From: Acidimicrobiia bacterium
GTDB taxonomy: Bacteria > Actinomycetota > Acidimicrobiia > Spongiisociales > ZC4RG35
Length of the DNA stretch: 64,000 nucleotides
Assembly: GCA_965215185.1 (NCBI GenBank)
Contig: OZ244034.1
Span: forward strand, 288,001-352,000
Reading direction: 5' to 3'
The translations under genes and the position numbers were made by a program. Position 1 is the stretch's first letter, and the number at the start of each line of letters is the position of its first letter. Positions 37,327 to 46,423 of the stretch are shown here, piece after piece. The notes below the pieces were generated by a model that saw only the letters and a program-made list of their open reading frames with translations, was not told the DNA's origin and did not search any database.

Positions 37327-38091
37327 CTAGGAGAAGAGTCCGGCAAGTTCAGATGTGAGTTGATCGGCGACCTGGCGGATCAGGCTTCCGATCTCCGACT
37401 CCCCTCCTTCAGAGGGAAAGCGATAGGAAGGGCCGTGGACGCTCACTGCGGCAACGACCCTGCCATGGGGGCCCGTCACGGCAGCTGCCACCCCGCTGAC
37501 GTCATCTGAATATTCGCGGTGGGTCCACGCATATCTGTACCGGCGCACGATGTCAAGCCGAGCCTTTAAGGCCTTGGGCGTGACCAAGGTGTTAAAGGTG
37601 AACTGCACCAGATCTCCCTGCAGATAGTTTTCAAGCTGATCCCCATCCCATGTTGAGAGGAAGATCTGACCAGGGGCCACGGTGTGGTGCGGGAAGGTGA
37701 CTCCGGTCCAGTCCTGTACCTTCACAGTTCGGCCGGCTGTCTGCTGACAAATGTACAAGACATCGTTTCCTTCTGGTACGGAAAGCGTGGCGTCCTCTTC
37801 CAACTGGGAGACGAGGCTCTGCAGGTGGGGGCGAGCCAACTGTTTCAGAACCTGGGGTGAAGTGCCTCCTCCCGCCAGCACTTCCAAACCGGGCCCTACC
37901 CGGTATCGACCCCTTTGGCCTACCTGCTCCACCATGTCGAGGTGTTCCAGAGTGTTGAGAAGGCGGGACACGGAACTCTTGGGAAGGCGGGTGCCCTTGG
38001 CGATCTGGGCCAGACCGGCGCTCCTTGGAGACGCCGCCACGACCTGCAGCACGGCGAAGGCTCTGGTCACCGCCCGAACCGGGGCGGTCAT
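37327..38091 (-). CDS. IclR family transcriptional regulator
   Basis: AVTRAFAVL, LPKSSVSRLLNTL HTH, VAAAV...VAAVSVHGPSYR. Confidence 0.93.
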   Translation of the reverse strand: MTAPVRAVTRAFAVLQVVAASPRSAGLAQIAKGTRLPKSSVSRLLNTLEHLDMVEQVGQRGRYRVGPGLEVLAGGGTSPQVLKQLARPHLQSLVSQLEEDATLSVPEGNDVLYICQQTAGRTVKVQDWTGVTFPHHTVAPGQIFLSTWDGDQLENYLQGDLVQFTFNTLVTPKALKARLDIVRRYRYAWTHREYSDDVSGVAAAVTGPHGRVVAAVSVHGPSYRFPSEGGESEIGSLIRQVADQLTSELAGLFS

Positions 38092-38119
38092 GGCGCCCCA
38101 CCGGTGGTCGCAGCAACCG

Positions 38120-38183
38120 TTTTGTACAAAATGTCCTCAGTTTCCCAGCGTGCCATCAGTCGGAACATACTACAATACGGAAC
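38120..38183. promoter_or_regulatory. Divergent iclR/cdhC promoter with palindrome and direct repeat around a -10 box
   Basis: TTTTGTACAAAA (38120-38131); CGGAAC repeated at 38161 and 38178, flanking TACAAT. Confidence 0.5.
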
Positions 38184-38205
38184 GACACAGAGGAGTTAGA
38201 GGTAG

Positions 38206-39144
38206 ATGGCTGCTCATAACAAAGTGATCCTTACTTGTGCGGTGACAGGAAGTTCACACACTCCCACCATGAATATAGGGATGCCGGTGACTGTCGAGGA
38301 GATGGTCTCCCAGTCGGTGGCAGCGCATGCCGAAGGGGCCGCCGTAATCCACATTCACGCCCGGGATCCACGGGACGGGCGTCCCAGCGCCGACGTGGGG
38401 CTTTTTCGGGAATACTGCGTGGGCATCAAGGAGCAATGCGATGCGGTAATCAGCATCACTACCGGTGGGGCTACCGGACAGACCATGGAGGAGCGGCTGG
38501 CGGTAATCAAGGCTCTGCAACCCGAGTTGGCTACCTGCAATTTGGGCACCATGAACTACGGGCTGTTCCAGATGATTCCCCGCTACGAAGGACGCTGGAA
38601 ACACGACTGGGAGGAGCCGTTTTTGGAATCCACCCGCCACGAGCCTTTCATCAACCGGTTTTCCGACATTGAGTACATGCTCACCGAGTTGACCGAGGAA
38701 ACGGGTTGTCGTTTCGAGTTCGAAGCCTACGATATTGGCCATCTCTACACGTTGGCCTACTACGCCGAGCAGGGCCTGGTAAAGCCCCCGATATTTATGC
38801 AGTTCGTGGTGGGGACTCTGGGTGGAATCGGCCCTGACATCGAGAATGTGGTGGCGATGAAGCAGACCGCCGATCGCCTGTTCGGCGCCGATATCGAATG
38901 GTCGGTGTTAGGAGGAGGTCGTTTTCAGTTCGACATCGTCACTGCCGGGGCGGTGCTCGGGGGTCATGTCCGGGTCGGTTTGGAGGACGGTATCTATTTG
39001 CGCCGCGGCCGGCTGGCGGACAACAATGCCGAGCAGGCGGCCAAGATGGTTCGCATCCTCAATGAGCTGTCCCGTGAGACAGCCACCTCTGCCGAGGCTC
39101 GTGAGATACTCGATCTCAAGGGTCTCAACAATGTGGCCTTCTGA
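38206..39144 (+). CDS. cdhC: Beta-keto acid cleavage enzyme (DUF849/BKACE), probably 3-dehydrocarnitine cleavage
   Basis: LTCAVTG, HIHARDP, SITTGG, NLGTMN, EFEAYD, HVRVGLED; directly upstream of carnitine dehydrogenase. Confidence 0.85.
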   Translation: MAAHNKVILTCAVTGSSHTPTMNIGMPVTVEEMVSQSVAAHAEGAAVIHIHARDPRDGRPSADVGLFREYCVGIKEQCDAVISITTGGATGQTMEERLAVIKALQPELATCNLGTMNYGLFQMIPRYEGRWKHDWEEPFLESTRHEPFINRFSDIEYMLTELTEETGCRFEFEAYDIGHLYTLAYYAEQGLVKPPIFMQFVVGTLGGIGPDIENVVAMKQTADRLFGADIEWSVLGGGRFQFDIVTAGAVLGGHVRVGLEDGIYLRRGRLADNNAEQAAKMVRILNELSRETATSAEAREILDLKGLNNVAF

Positions 39145-39180
39145 TAGTCCAAAGCTCCTGACAAGGCGTGCCGCGGGCCA

Positions 39181-40707
39181 ATGTCGGGAGTGATGGGAGG
39201 GTCGGCAGGGTCCATGGAGCGGTTTCGTTCCAAAGTGGAGGTGGTGGGGTTGGTGGGCACCGGGGTCATCGGGCGAGGATGGGCTGCCCGCGCCCTTTCC
39301 CGGGGTTGGGAAGTGGTGGCCACCGATCCGGCGCCCGGAGCACCTGAGGAGCTTGTTTCCTTCGTTGAGCGGGCTTGGCCTGCAGTCATGGCTCTGGGTC
39401 TTTACCCCGGCGCCCGACCCGACCGAGTCCGGTTCGTTTCCAGTGTCGAGGAGGTTGCCGCCTGCGCCGACTTGATCATTGAGGCGGTTCCCGAGCGAGA
39501 GGGCCTCAAGAAGAAAGTGGCCGCCCGGATCGACGCGGCGACGCCCTCCGATGTTCTGATCTGCTCCAGTTCTTCGGGACTTCTTCCCAGTCGTCTGCAG
39601 GAGGGCCTCCGCCACCCCCAGCGATACCTGATCGCCCATCCCTTCAACCCTGTATACCTGCTGCCGCTGGTAGAACTATGTGGAGGCCGCCAAACCGACC
39701 CTGCCGCGGTGGAAACGGCCAGGATTATCTACCAAGACCTGGGGATGCATCCTTTGGTGGTGCGGAATGAAATAGATGGTTACCTCTCCGATCGTCTGCA
39801 GGAGGCCTTGTGGAGGGAGGCTCTATGGTTGGTCAATGATGGAATCGCCACCACCGATGAATTGGATCAGGCCATAATCTATGGGCCGGGTCTGCGTTGG
39901 GCCGCCATGGGGACCATGCTCACCTTTCACCTGGCGGGGGGAGAGGGAGGAATGCGGCACATGCTTGAGCATTTCGGCCCGGCTCTCGAACTACCCTGGA
40001 CCGCGCTGGCGGCGCCACCTCTGACCGATCGGCTCATCGAGTCGGTGGTATCGGGAGTCGAACAACAAGCGGTGGGAAGGAGTGTGGCGCAACTGGAGCG
40101 GCAACGAGATGATTATCTGATCTCGGTGATGCGGGCGCTTAGACCCCACAACCTGGGCGCCGGGCGGTTGGTGGCCGACCGGGAGGCCATCCGGCTGTCG
40201 GCCCGGGCAGAGATTTGGCGACCTGGCTCGCAGGTGGCGGCGCCTTTGCAGTTGTACCACTGCCAGGTAGAGTCGGATTGGGTGGACTACAACGGTCACA
40301 TGACCGAGAGCGCCTACCTGACGGCCTTCGGCTGGGCGTCCGACGCGCTGTTCCGCTACGTGGGAATCGACGAAGATTATCGGGCCGCCGGCCATTCTTT
40401 CTATACCGTGGAGACCCACATCCACTACCGACGGGAAGCCTCTGTTCACCAGGAACTTTTCTTTACAACCCAGGTGTTGGGAGTGGACGAAAAGAGGCTT
40501 CACATTTTTCACACCATGCTTGACGGGGAGGGACGGAGATTGTCCTCCACCGAGCAGATGCTTCTTCACGTGGACACCGAAAGGGGTGCGGTGAAACCCT
40601 TACTACCTGGTCCGGCCCGGGCTTTGGCGGCGGGCGCTGAAGCACATCGGGTGTTGCCGACTCCTCCGGAGGTCGGATCGCGCATGACGCTCGACCGACC
40701 CCGCTGA
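39181..40707 (+). CDS. lcdH: L-carnitine 3-dehydrogenase fused to a hotdog-fold thioesterase (betainyl-CoA thioesterase)
   Basis: GTGVIGRGWAAR, HPFNPVYLLPLVE, DRLQEALWREAL; C-terminal DWVDYNGHMTE, YTVETH. Confidence 0.9.
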   Translation: MSGVMGGSAGSMERFRSKVEVVGLVGTGVIGRGWAARALSRGWEVVATDPAPGAPEELVSFVERAWPAVMALGLYPGARPDRVRFVSSVEEVAACADLIIEAVPEREGLKKKVAARIDAATPSDVLICSSSSGLLPSRLQEGLRHPQRYLIAHPFNPVYLLPLVELCGGRQTDPAAVETARIIYQDLGMHPLVVRNEIDGYLSDRLQEALWREALWLVNDGIATTDELDQAIIYGPGLRWAAMGTMLTFHLAGGEGGMRHMLEHFGPALELPWTALAAPPLTDRLIESVVSGVEQQAVGRSVAQLERQRDDYLISVMRALRPHNLGAGRLVADREAIRLSARAEIWRPGSQVAAPLQLYHCQVESDWVDYNGHMTESAYLTAFGWASDALFRYVGIDEDYRAAGHSFYTVETHIHYRREASVHQELFFTTQVLGVDEKRLHIFHTMLDGEGRRLSSTEQMLLHVDTERGAVKPLLPGPARALAAGAEAHRVLPTPPEVGSRMTLDRPR

Positions 40708-40722
40708 CCGAAGGGATTGAGA

Positions 40723-41895
40723 ATGGACTTTGCGCTTACCGACGAGCAGGAGTTGATCATCTCCACTGTTCGGGACTTCACCGAGCGCGAATTCATGCCG
40801 CATGAGGAAGATGTGGAGAGGCTCGGATACGTCCCGGTGGAAGTCGGCGAGAGAATCAAGAAGAAGGCGATCGCAGCGGGAATCTTCGCCGCCAATATGC
40901 CAGTGGAGGTGGGGGGCGCCGGTTTGGACAACCTGACCATGGCGTTGGTGGAAAAAGAGTTGGGGAAAACCTCTTATGCCCTCCATCATCTGGTTGCCCG
41001 GCCATCCAATATTCTTTTGGCCTGCGTTGGAGACCAGCGGGAGCGGTACCTGTATCCCACCGTGGCAGGGGAGCGGATGGAGGCGCTGGCCATGAGTGAA
41101 CCCGACGCCGGCTCCGACCTGCGGGGCATGAAGTGCCGGGCGGTCCGGGATGGGGACGAGTTCGTGATCCGGGGAGTCAAACACTTCATCTCCCACGGCG
41201 ACATTTGCGACTATGTGATCCTTTTTGCATCCACAGGCCCCGATCCAGGGGCGGGCGGGGCAGGAAGGAGAACGACGCAGCGCATCACGTCGTTCTTGGT
41301 GGACGTGGGGACTCCCGGCTTCGAAGTGCTACGGGGCTACGGAAGCGTCTCCCATCGGGGATACAACAATTCCATCTTAAATTTTGATGACTGCCGGGTC
41401 CCGGCGTCCCAGATCTTGGGGGAGGAGCACCGCGGCTTTGAAGTGGCCAACACCTGGCTGGGGGGCACTCGCTTGGCGGTGGCTGCCAACTGCCTGGGCA
41501 GAGCGGAACGGGCGATGGGGTTGGCGGCCGGATGGGCGGCCCGCCGCACCCAATTCGGGCAGACCATCGGACGCTTCCAAGGAGTGTCGTTCAAGTTGGC
41601 CGACATGGCCACTCAACTGGCGGCGTCCGAGCTTCTTACCCTCCGCGCCGCCTGGAAGGCCGATCGGGGGGACATGACTTCCGCCGATGCGGCCATGGCC
41701 AAGTTGGTCGCCACCGAGATGCTGGCTTTTGTAACCGACGAAGCCATTCAAATCTTCGGAGGGATGGGATTGATGGACGAACTGCCGCTGGAGCGGCTGT
41801 GGCGGGATGCGCGGGTGGAGCGTATCTGGGATGGGACCTCTGAAATCCAACGCCACATCATCTCCCGTTCGATTCTCCGTCCCCTGGAAAGCTGA
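40723..41895 (+). CDS. Acyl-CoA dehydrogenase, probably gamma-butyrobetainyl-CoA dehydrogenase
   Basis: AMSEPDAGSD, RTQFG, FQGVSFKLADM, QIFGGMG, RIWDGTSEIQ; specificity inferred from context. Confidence 0.85.
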   Translation: MDFALTDEQELIISTVRDFTEREFMPHEEDVERLGYVPVEVGERIKKKAIAAGIFAANMPVEVGGAGLDNLTMALVEKELGKTSYALHHLVARPSNILLACVGDQRERYLYPTVAGERMEALAMSEPDAGSDLRGMKCRAVRDGDEFVIRGVKHFISHGDICDYVILFASTGPDPGAGGAGRRTTQRITSFLVDVGTPGFEVLRGYGSVSHRGYNNSILNFDDCRVPASQILGEEHRGFEVANTWLGGTRLAVAANCLGRAERAMGLAAGWAARRTQFGQTIGRFQGVSFKLADMATQLAASELLTLRAAWKADRGDMTSADAAMAKLVATEMLAFVTDEAIQIFGGMGLMDELPLERLWRDARVERIWDGTSEIQRHIISRSILRPLES

Positions 41896-41901
41896 ATTCC
41901 T

Positions 41902-43932
41902 TTGTCCAGGTTGGCGCGGTTGCTGAGCCCCCGGACGGTGGCGATGGTGGGCGGCGATTTGGTGAACCAGTTGGTGGAGTCCTGCCGGCAAATGGGATTT
42001 GACGGCGAGATCTGGGCGGTGAACCCCCGCCGCGACCGGTTGGCAGGGCTGGATTGTTATCCCAGCCTCGAAGAGTTACCGTCACCACCCGACGCCGCCT
42101 TTTTGGCAGTGAATCGCCGCCGGACCATCGAGGCGGTGGCGACCCTGGCGGAGATGGGGGCGGGGTCGGCGGTTTGCTACGCCTCCCTATTCGCAGAGCA
42201 GGGAGAAGATGGCGCCGATTATCAACGCCGCTTGGTGAAGGCGGCGGGAGATATGCCCATTCTCGGCCCCAACTGCTATGGGCTCATCAACGCGGTCGAC
42301 CGGGTGGCTTTGTGGCCCGATCTATTGGGTTGCGTACCAGTGACGGAGGGAGTTGCGCTTATCTCCCAAAGCGGGAACGTGGGACTGAACTTGTCCTTTC
42401 AACGCCGGCAGCTTCCCATTTCCCATCTGGTCACAGTTGGGAATCAAGCCATGTTGGGGATAGAAGATCTAATGGAAGAACTGCTGCAGGACCAAAGAGT
42501 CCAGGGAATCGGGTTGTTTCTAGAATCGGTGCGGGATCCTCACCGATTCCTGGCCGTGGCGCGTGCCGCCCTGGCTGCCCGGATTCCAGTGGTGGCCCTG
42601 CTGGTGGGCCGCTCGCGTCGGGGGGCGGAGATTGCCCGCAGCCACACCGCCTCGATGAGCGGATTGCCTCACGCTTATCGGGCGCTCTTCGACCGGGGCG
42701 GCGTGATAGGGGTCAGGACCATTTCGCAGTTGTTGGAGACACTGGCAGTGCTGGTGGGGACCGGGCCCCTCTCGGGAAACCGGATCGTTTCCATGTCCTG
42801 CTCGGGGGGAGAGGCGTCATATGTGGCCGATTTGTCACAGGGCCGCGGGTTGGATTTCGCCCCTTTGCCGGCGAGCCAAGCCGCCCGGGTGGACCGGATC
42901 TTGGAAGGCAGAGTGACGGTGAGCAATCCTTTGGATTACCACACTTTCATTTGGGATGACCAGGCTCGATTGGAGGAGTTGTTCTGTGAGGTGATGTCAG
43001 GGCCCCAGGACGCCACCATGCTGGTTCTGGATTTGCCGGAGGCGCCGGGTGACTTTTCGGCGTTCAGAAAAACCGCCCAGGCCATGATTACCGCCCGATC
43101 TGTGACGGGGCGCCCGGCTCTGGTTGTTTCGGGTCTTCCTGAGAACCTCTCTGCCGATCTGGCCCGAGAGCTGGCCGCCGGGGAGGTTACTTCCGTACGT
43201 GGCATAGTCCAGGCGGTGGTAGGGCTGGAAGCCGCTGCCCGATGGGGCAGAGCGGTCGATGCCACCACCCCGCTTCCCCTTTCCCCGGTTCCACCGCCGG
43301 CGGCCGAAGTGGTCTATCTGAACGAGGCCGAGGCCAAGGCTCGCATCAAAAGTTGGGGGGTGGCAGTCCCCCGGGGAGAGGTGGCGTCGGCCGATAAAGC
43401 GGTGTCGGAGGCGGAAGCTATCGGGTATCCTTTGGTCGTCAAAGTCTTGGGCTTGGATCATAAGACCGAGCGTGGAGGGGTACGCATAGGACTAAGGAAT
43501 CCCACAGAACTGGAAGAGGCGATTATTGCCATGTCGCAACGGAGCGAACCGGTGTTTCTGGTGGAAGAAATGGTGGAAGAAGTGGTGGCTGAGATACTGG
43601 TGAACGTACGCCGCCAATGGCCGGTAGGGTGGCTGGTCACCCTGGGCGCAGGAGGGGTGCTCGCCGAGTTGGTGGATGATCTCGCCCACTTCTTGGCGCC
43701 GGTGAGCCTCCAGGAGGTACGAGACGGTTTGGAGAATCTGAAAGTCGGTCGGCTGTTGGCTGGATATCGCGGAGCAGCAGCTGCAGACATGGATGCCTGC
43801 GTTACCACGGTTTGCGCTTTGGTGAACGGAGCCCTGGGTGATGGCGACGTGGTGGAGATGGAAGTCAACCCGTTGCTGGTCACTTCTTCAGGCGCGGTGG
43901 TCGCCGATGCGTTGCTAAGCGTGACCCGATGA
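41902..43932 (+). CDS. ADP-forming acyl-CoA ligase (CoA-binding plus ATP-grasp), probably gamma-butyrobetaine-CoA ligase
   Basis: GPNCYG, SQSGN, VGNQA, SHTAS, SCSGG, NPLDY, HKTERGGV, EVNPL. Confidence 0.85.
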   Translation: MSRLARLLSPRTVAMVGGDLVNQLVESCRQMGFDGEIWAVNPRRDRLAGLDCYPSLEELPSPPDAAFLAVNRRRTIEAVATLAEMGAGSAVCYASLFAEQGEDGADYQRRLVKAAGDMPILGPNCYGLINAVDRVALWPDLLGCVPVTEGVALISQSGNVGLNLSFQRRQLPISHLVTVGNQAMLGIEDLMEELLQDQRVQGIGLFLESVRDPHRFLAVARAALAARIPVVALLVGRSRRGAEIARSHTASMSGLPHAYRALFDRGGVIGVRTISQLLETLAVLVGTGPLSGNRIVSMSCSGGEASYVADLSQGRGLDFAPLPASQAARVDRILEGRVTVSNPLDYHTFIWDDQARLEELFCEVMSGPQDATMLVLDLPEAPGDFSAFRKTAQAMITARSVTGRPALVVSGLPENLSADLARELAAGEVTSVRGIVQAVVGLEAAARWGRAVDATTPLPLSPVPPPAAEVVYLNEAEAKARIKSWGVAVPRGEVASADKAVSEAEAIGYPLVVKVLGLDHKTERGGVRIGLRNPTELEEAIIAMSQRSEPVFLVEEMVEEVVAEILVNVRRQWPVGWLVTLGAGGVLAELVDDLAHFLAPVSLQEVRDGLENLKVGRLLAGYRGAAAADMDACVTTVCALVNGALGDGDVVEMEVNPLLVTSSGAVVADALLSVTR

Positions 43933-45197
43933 AAAAAGTTTGGCCACTGATGTTGGCCATCTTTCTGTTCATGCTGGGAAACGGGTTGGGGACCTCTGCC
44001 CTGGGAGTGAGGTCTACTCTGGAGGGGTTTTCCGCCCTGGCCGTGGGAGTAATGATGGCCGCCTATTACCTGGGATACCTGGCCGGAAGCCGCCTGATCC
44101 CCCAAATGGTGGGCATGGTTGGTCACATCAGGGTCTTCGTAGGTCTTGCTTCGGCCGCCTCCATTGTGGTCCTGTTGCACCCCCTTCTTATAGAAGTGGC
44201 GGTCTGGAGTGGAATGCGGCTACTCACCGGCTTTGCCCTGGCCGGTCTGTACGTTGTCTCAGAGAGTTGGCTGAACGGCCTGGCATCCAACTCCAACCGG
44301 GGACAGATTCTCTCGGTTTACATGGTGATGGTGCTGGGTGGGCTGGGGGCCGGGCAGCTCTTTCTTGGGATTGGATCACCGGATGGCATGGAACTGTTCA
44401 TTCTGGTGTCGGCGCTGTTCTCGCTGTCCTTGATTCCCCTTTCCCTGACTCCCAGCGAAACCCCCACCTGTGACCAGCTTGAAAAGAAGTCGAACTTCCT
44501 CGAGGTTTTCCGATTGACTCCGCTGGCAATTTCGGGAGGGGTGGTGGTGGGACTAACCAACTCCACGCTGTTGGGGATGGGGCCGGTTTATGGGGCACAG
44601 CGGGGCTTTTCAGAAGTGTTGATCGGACAGCTCATAGCGCTAGCCATGGCAGGGGCTGTGCTGTTTCAGTGGCCGATCGGCAGATTGTCCGACCGGATCC
44701 CGCGGCGCCACGCCATATTGGGGGTCAACGTTGCCTCGGTGGCGTTGGCTTGGGCGGGAATCTGGTTTTCCGATTCGACATTGGCGATCGCGGCGGTGAT
44801 GTTCGCCTACGGCGGTCTGTCCTTCCCTCTCTACGGGTTGGCTATGAGTCACATGAACGACTGGATTTCCCCCCGCAAGCTTGTGTCGGCGGCGGGTGCG
44901 TTGGTGTTTGCCGTGGGTGTGGGCGCCGTGGCTGGTCCTCTGGCGGCCGGAGGTTGGATGGCATTGGCGGGTCCGGTGGGCCTGTGGTGGTTCTTGGCCT
45001 CGGTGCACGGCCTTTACGTTTGCTACATTCTCTACCGGTTGACCGAGCGACCCAGCATACCGGTTGCCTTGCAAAAGGTGTTCGCTCCCCTTCCTGCTCG
45101 GGGATCGGCGATGGTTACCACTCTGACGCCTTGGCGGCGTACCCGCTCTCGTCGCAACGGGTTGCAGCGCGAATCGGAGAAACTTCAGCGCATTTGA
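43929..45197 (+). CDS. MFS transporter (YcaD-like), paralog 3
   Basis: VGHIRVF, ESWLN, GRLSDRIPRR; shared C-terminal ERPSIPVALQKVF. Confidence 0.9.
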   Translation: MKKVWPLMLAIFLFMLGNGLGTSALGVRSTLEGFSALAVGVMMAAYYLGYLAGSRLIPQMVGMVGHIRVFVGLASAASIVVLLHPLLIEVAVWSGMRLLTGFALAGLYVVSESWLNGLASNSNRGQILSVYMVMVLGGLGAGQLFLGIGSPDGMELFILVSALFSLSLIPLSLTPSETPTCDQLEKKSNFLEVFRLTPLAISGGVVVGLTNSTLLGMGPVYGAQRGFSEVLIGQLIALAMAGAVLFQWPIGRLSDRIPRRHAILGVNVASVALAWAGIWFSDSTLAIAAVMFAYGGLSFPLYGLAMSHMNDWISPRKLVSAAGALVFAVGVGAVAGPLAAGGWMALAGPVGLWWFLASVHGLYVCYILYRLTERPSIPVALQKVFAPLPARGSAMVTTLTPWRRTRSRRNGLQRESEKLQRI

Positions 45198-45358
45198 TGG
45201 GTGTCGGACGGCCCTTGGCGGGGCTTGCGAAAGCGACGATCCCGACCCCGCGGCGAAAGACCCCCGCGTGATATGATGGCCAAAGGAGAACGGTATTCCA
45301 TCCCATCTCCAGGTCCGCAGGGCCAGTCCGATTTAGCGAGCCACAGACGGAGGCACCA

Positions 45359-46423
45359 ATGGTTGATGCAGATAGGCCTCCGGATCGTTTTACCGGCCTT
45401 CCCATCGTGGCATCCGGAGTCTGGAAGGTGTTCGGCAAACGCATCGCCGACGCTATGGAAATGGCCAGAAACAATGTGGACCAGGCTGGCATCTTGGAGG
45501 AATGCGGATGTGTGGTCGCGGTGCAGGACGCTACTTTTGAGGTGAACCAAGGGGAGATATTCGCGGTGATGGGGCTGTCGGGGAGCGGTAAATCCACCCT
45601 CATTCGATGCCTCTCCCGCCTGATTGACGCCACCGCAGGTACGGTGCTCATCAACGGACAAGACCTGGGAGAGATGCCCGATGTCGAATTGCGGGAACTT
45701 CGCCGCCACACCATCAGCATGGTTTTCCAGAACTACGGGCTGTTTCCGCACCGACAGGTTATCGACAACGTTGCCTTCGGGCTGGAGGTAAGGGGAGCGC
45801 CCAAGGAGGAGCGTTACCCAAAAGCGACAGAGATGATCGAAATGGTGGGCCTGGATGGCTGGGCCGACAAATATCCGGCACAATTAAGTGGAGGGATGAA
45901 GCAGCGGGTGGGTCTAGCTCGGGCCCTGGCGGTTGATCCGGAGATCCTTCTCTTCGACGAGCCTTTTTCAGCCCTGGATCCGCTGATTCGCCGCGACATG
46001 CAAGATGAGTTGTTAAGCCTCCAGGACCGGCTTCACTGCACCATGGTTTTCATAACCCACGACTTCTCCGAGGCGCTGAAACTGGGAGATCGAATCGCGA
46101 TAATGCGATCGGGGGCAATAGTGCAGGTAGGCACGCCCGAAGAAATCGTTGCTCATCCGGTCGACGACTATGTGCGGGACTTCACCCTGGATGTACCTCG
46201 ACACAAAGTGCTGTCAGTCGGAGCAGTCATGGTGCCGCCACCAAAGGGTCATTCCACGAGGGTGGACCTGGAAGGAGAACCGGTGGCGGTTTCCGCCCGC
46301 TTGGAGAGCATTCTTCCTCGGTTGCTGACCGAGGGAAGGCCGGTACCGGTGGTCGACGCCGGCGGTGATTGGTGTGGTGTCCTAGAACCAGCGGTGGTCT
46401 CCCAGTTTCTGTGGCCCGGATGA
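45359..46423 (+). CDS. Second quaternary-amine ABC ATP-binding protein (ProV-like)
   Basis: MGLSGSGKST, LSGGMKQRVGLARALA, FDEPFSALDPLIR. Confidence 0.93.
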   Translation: MVDADRPPDRFTGLPIVASGVWKVFGKRIADAMEMARNNVDQAGILEECGCVVAVQDATFEVNQGEIFAVMGLSGSGKSTLIRCLSRLIDATAGTVLINGQDLGEMPDVELRELRRHTISMVFQNYGLFPHRQVIDNVAFGLEVRGAPKEERYPKATEMIEMVGLDGWADKYPAQLSGGMKQRVGLARALAVDPEILLFDEPFSALDPLIRRDMQDELLSLQDRLHCTMVFITHDFSEALKLGDRIAIMRSGAIVQVGTPEEIVAHPVDDYVRDFTLDVPRHKVLSVGAVMVPPPKGHSTRVDLEGEPVAVSARLESILPRLLTEGRPVPVVDAGGDWCGVLEPAVVSQFLWPG

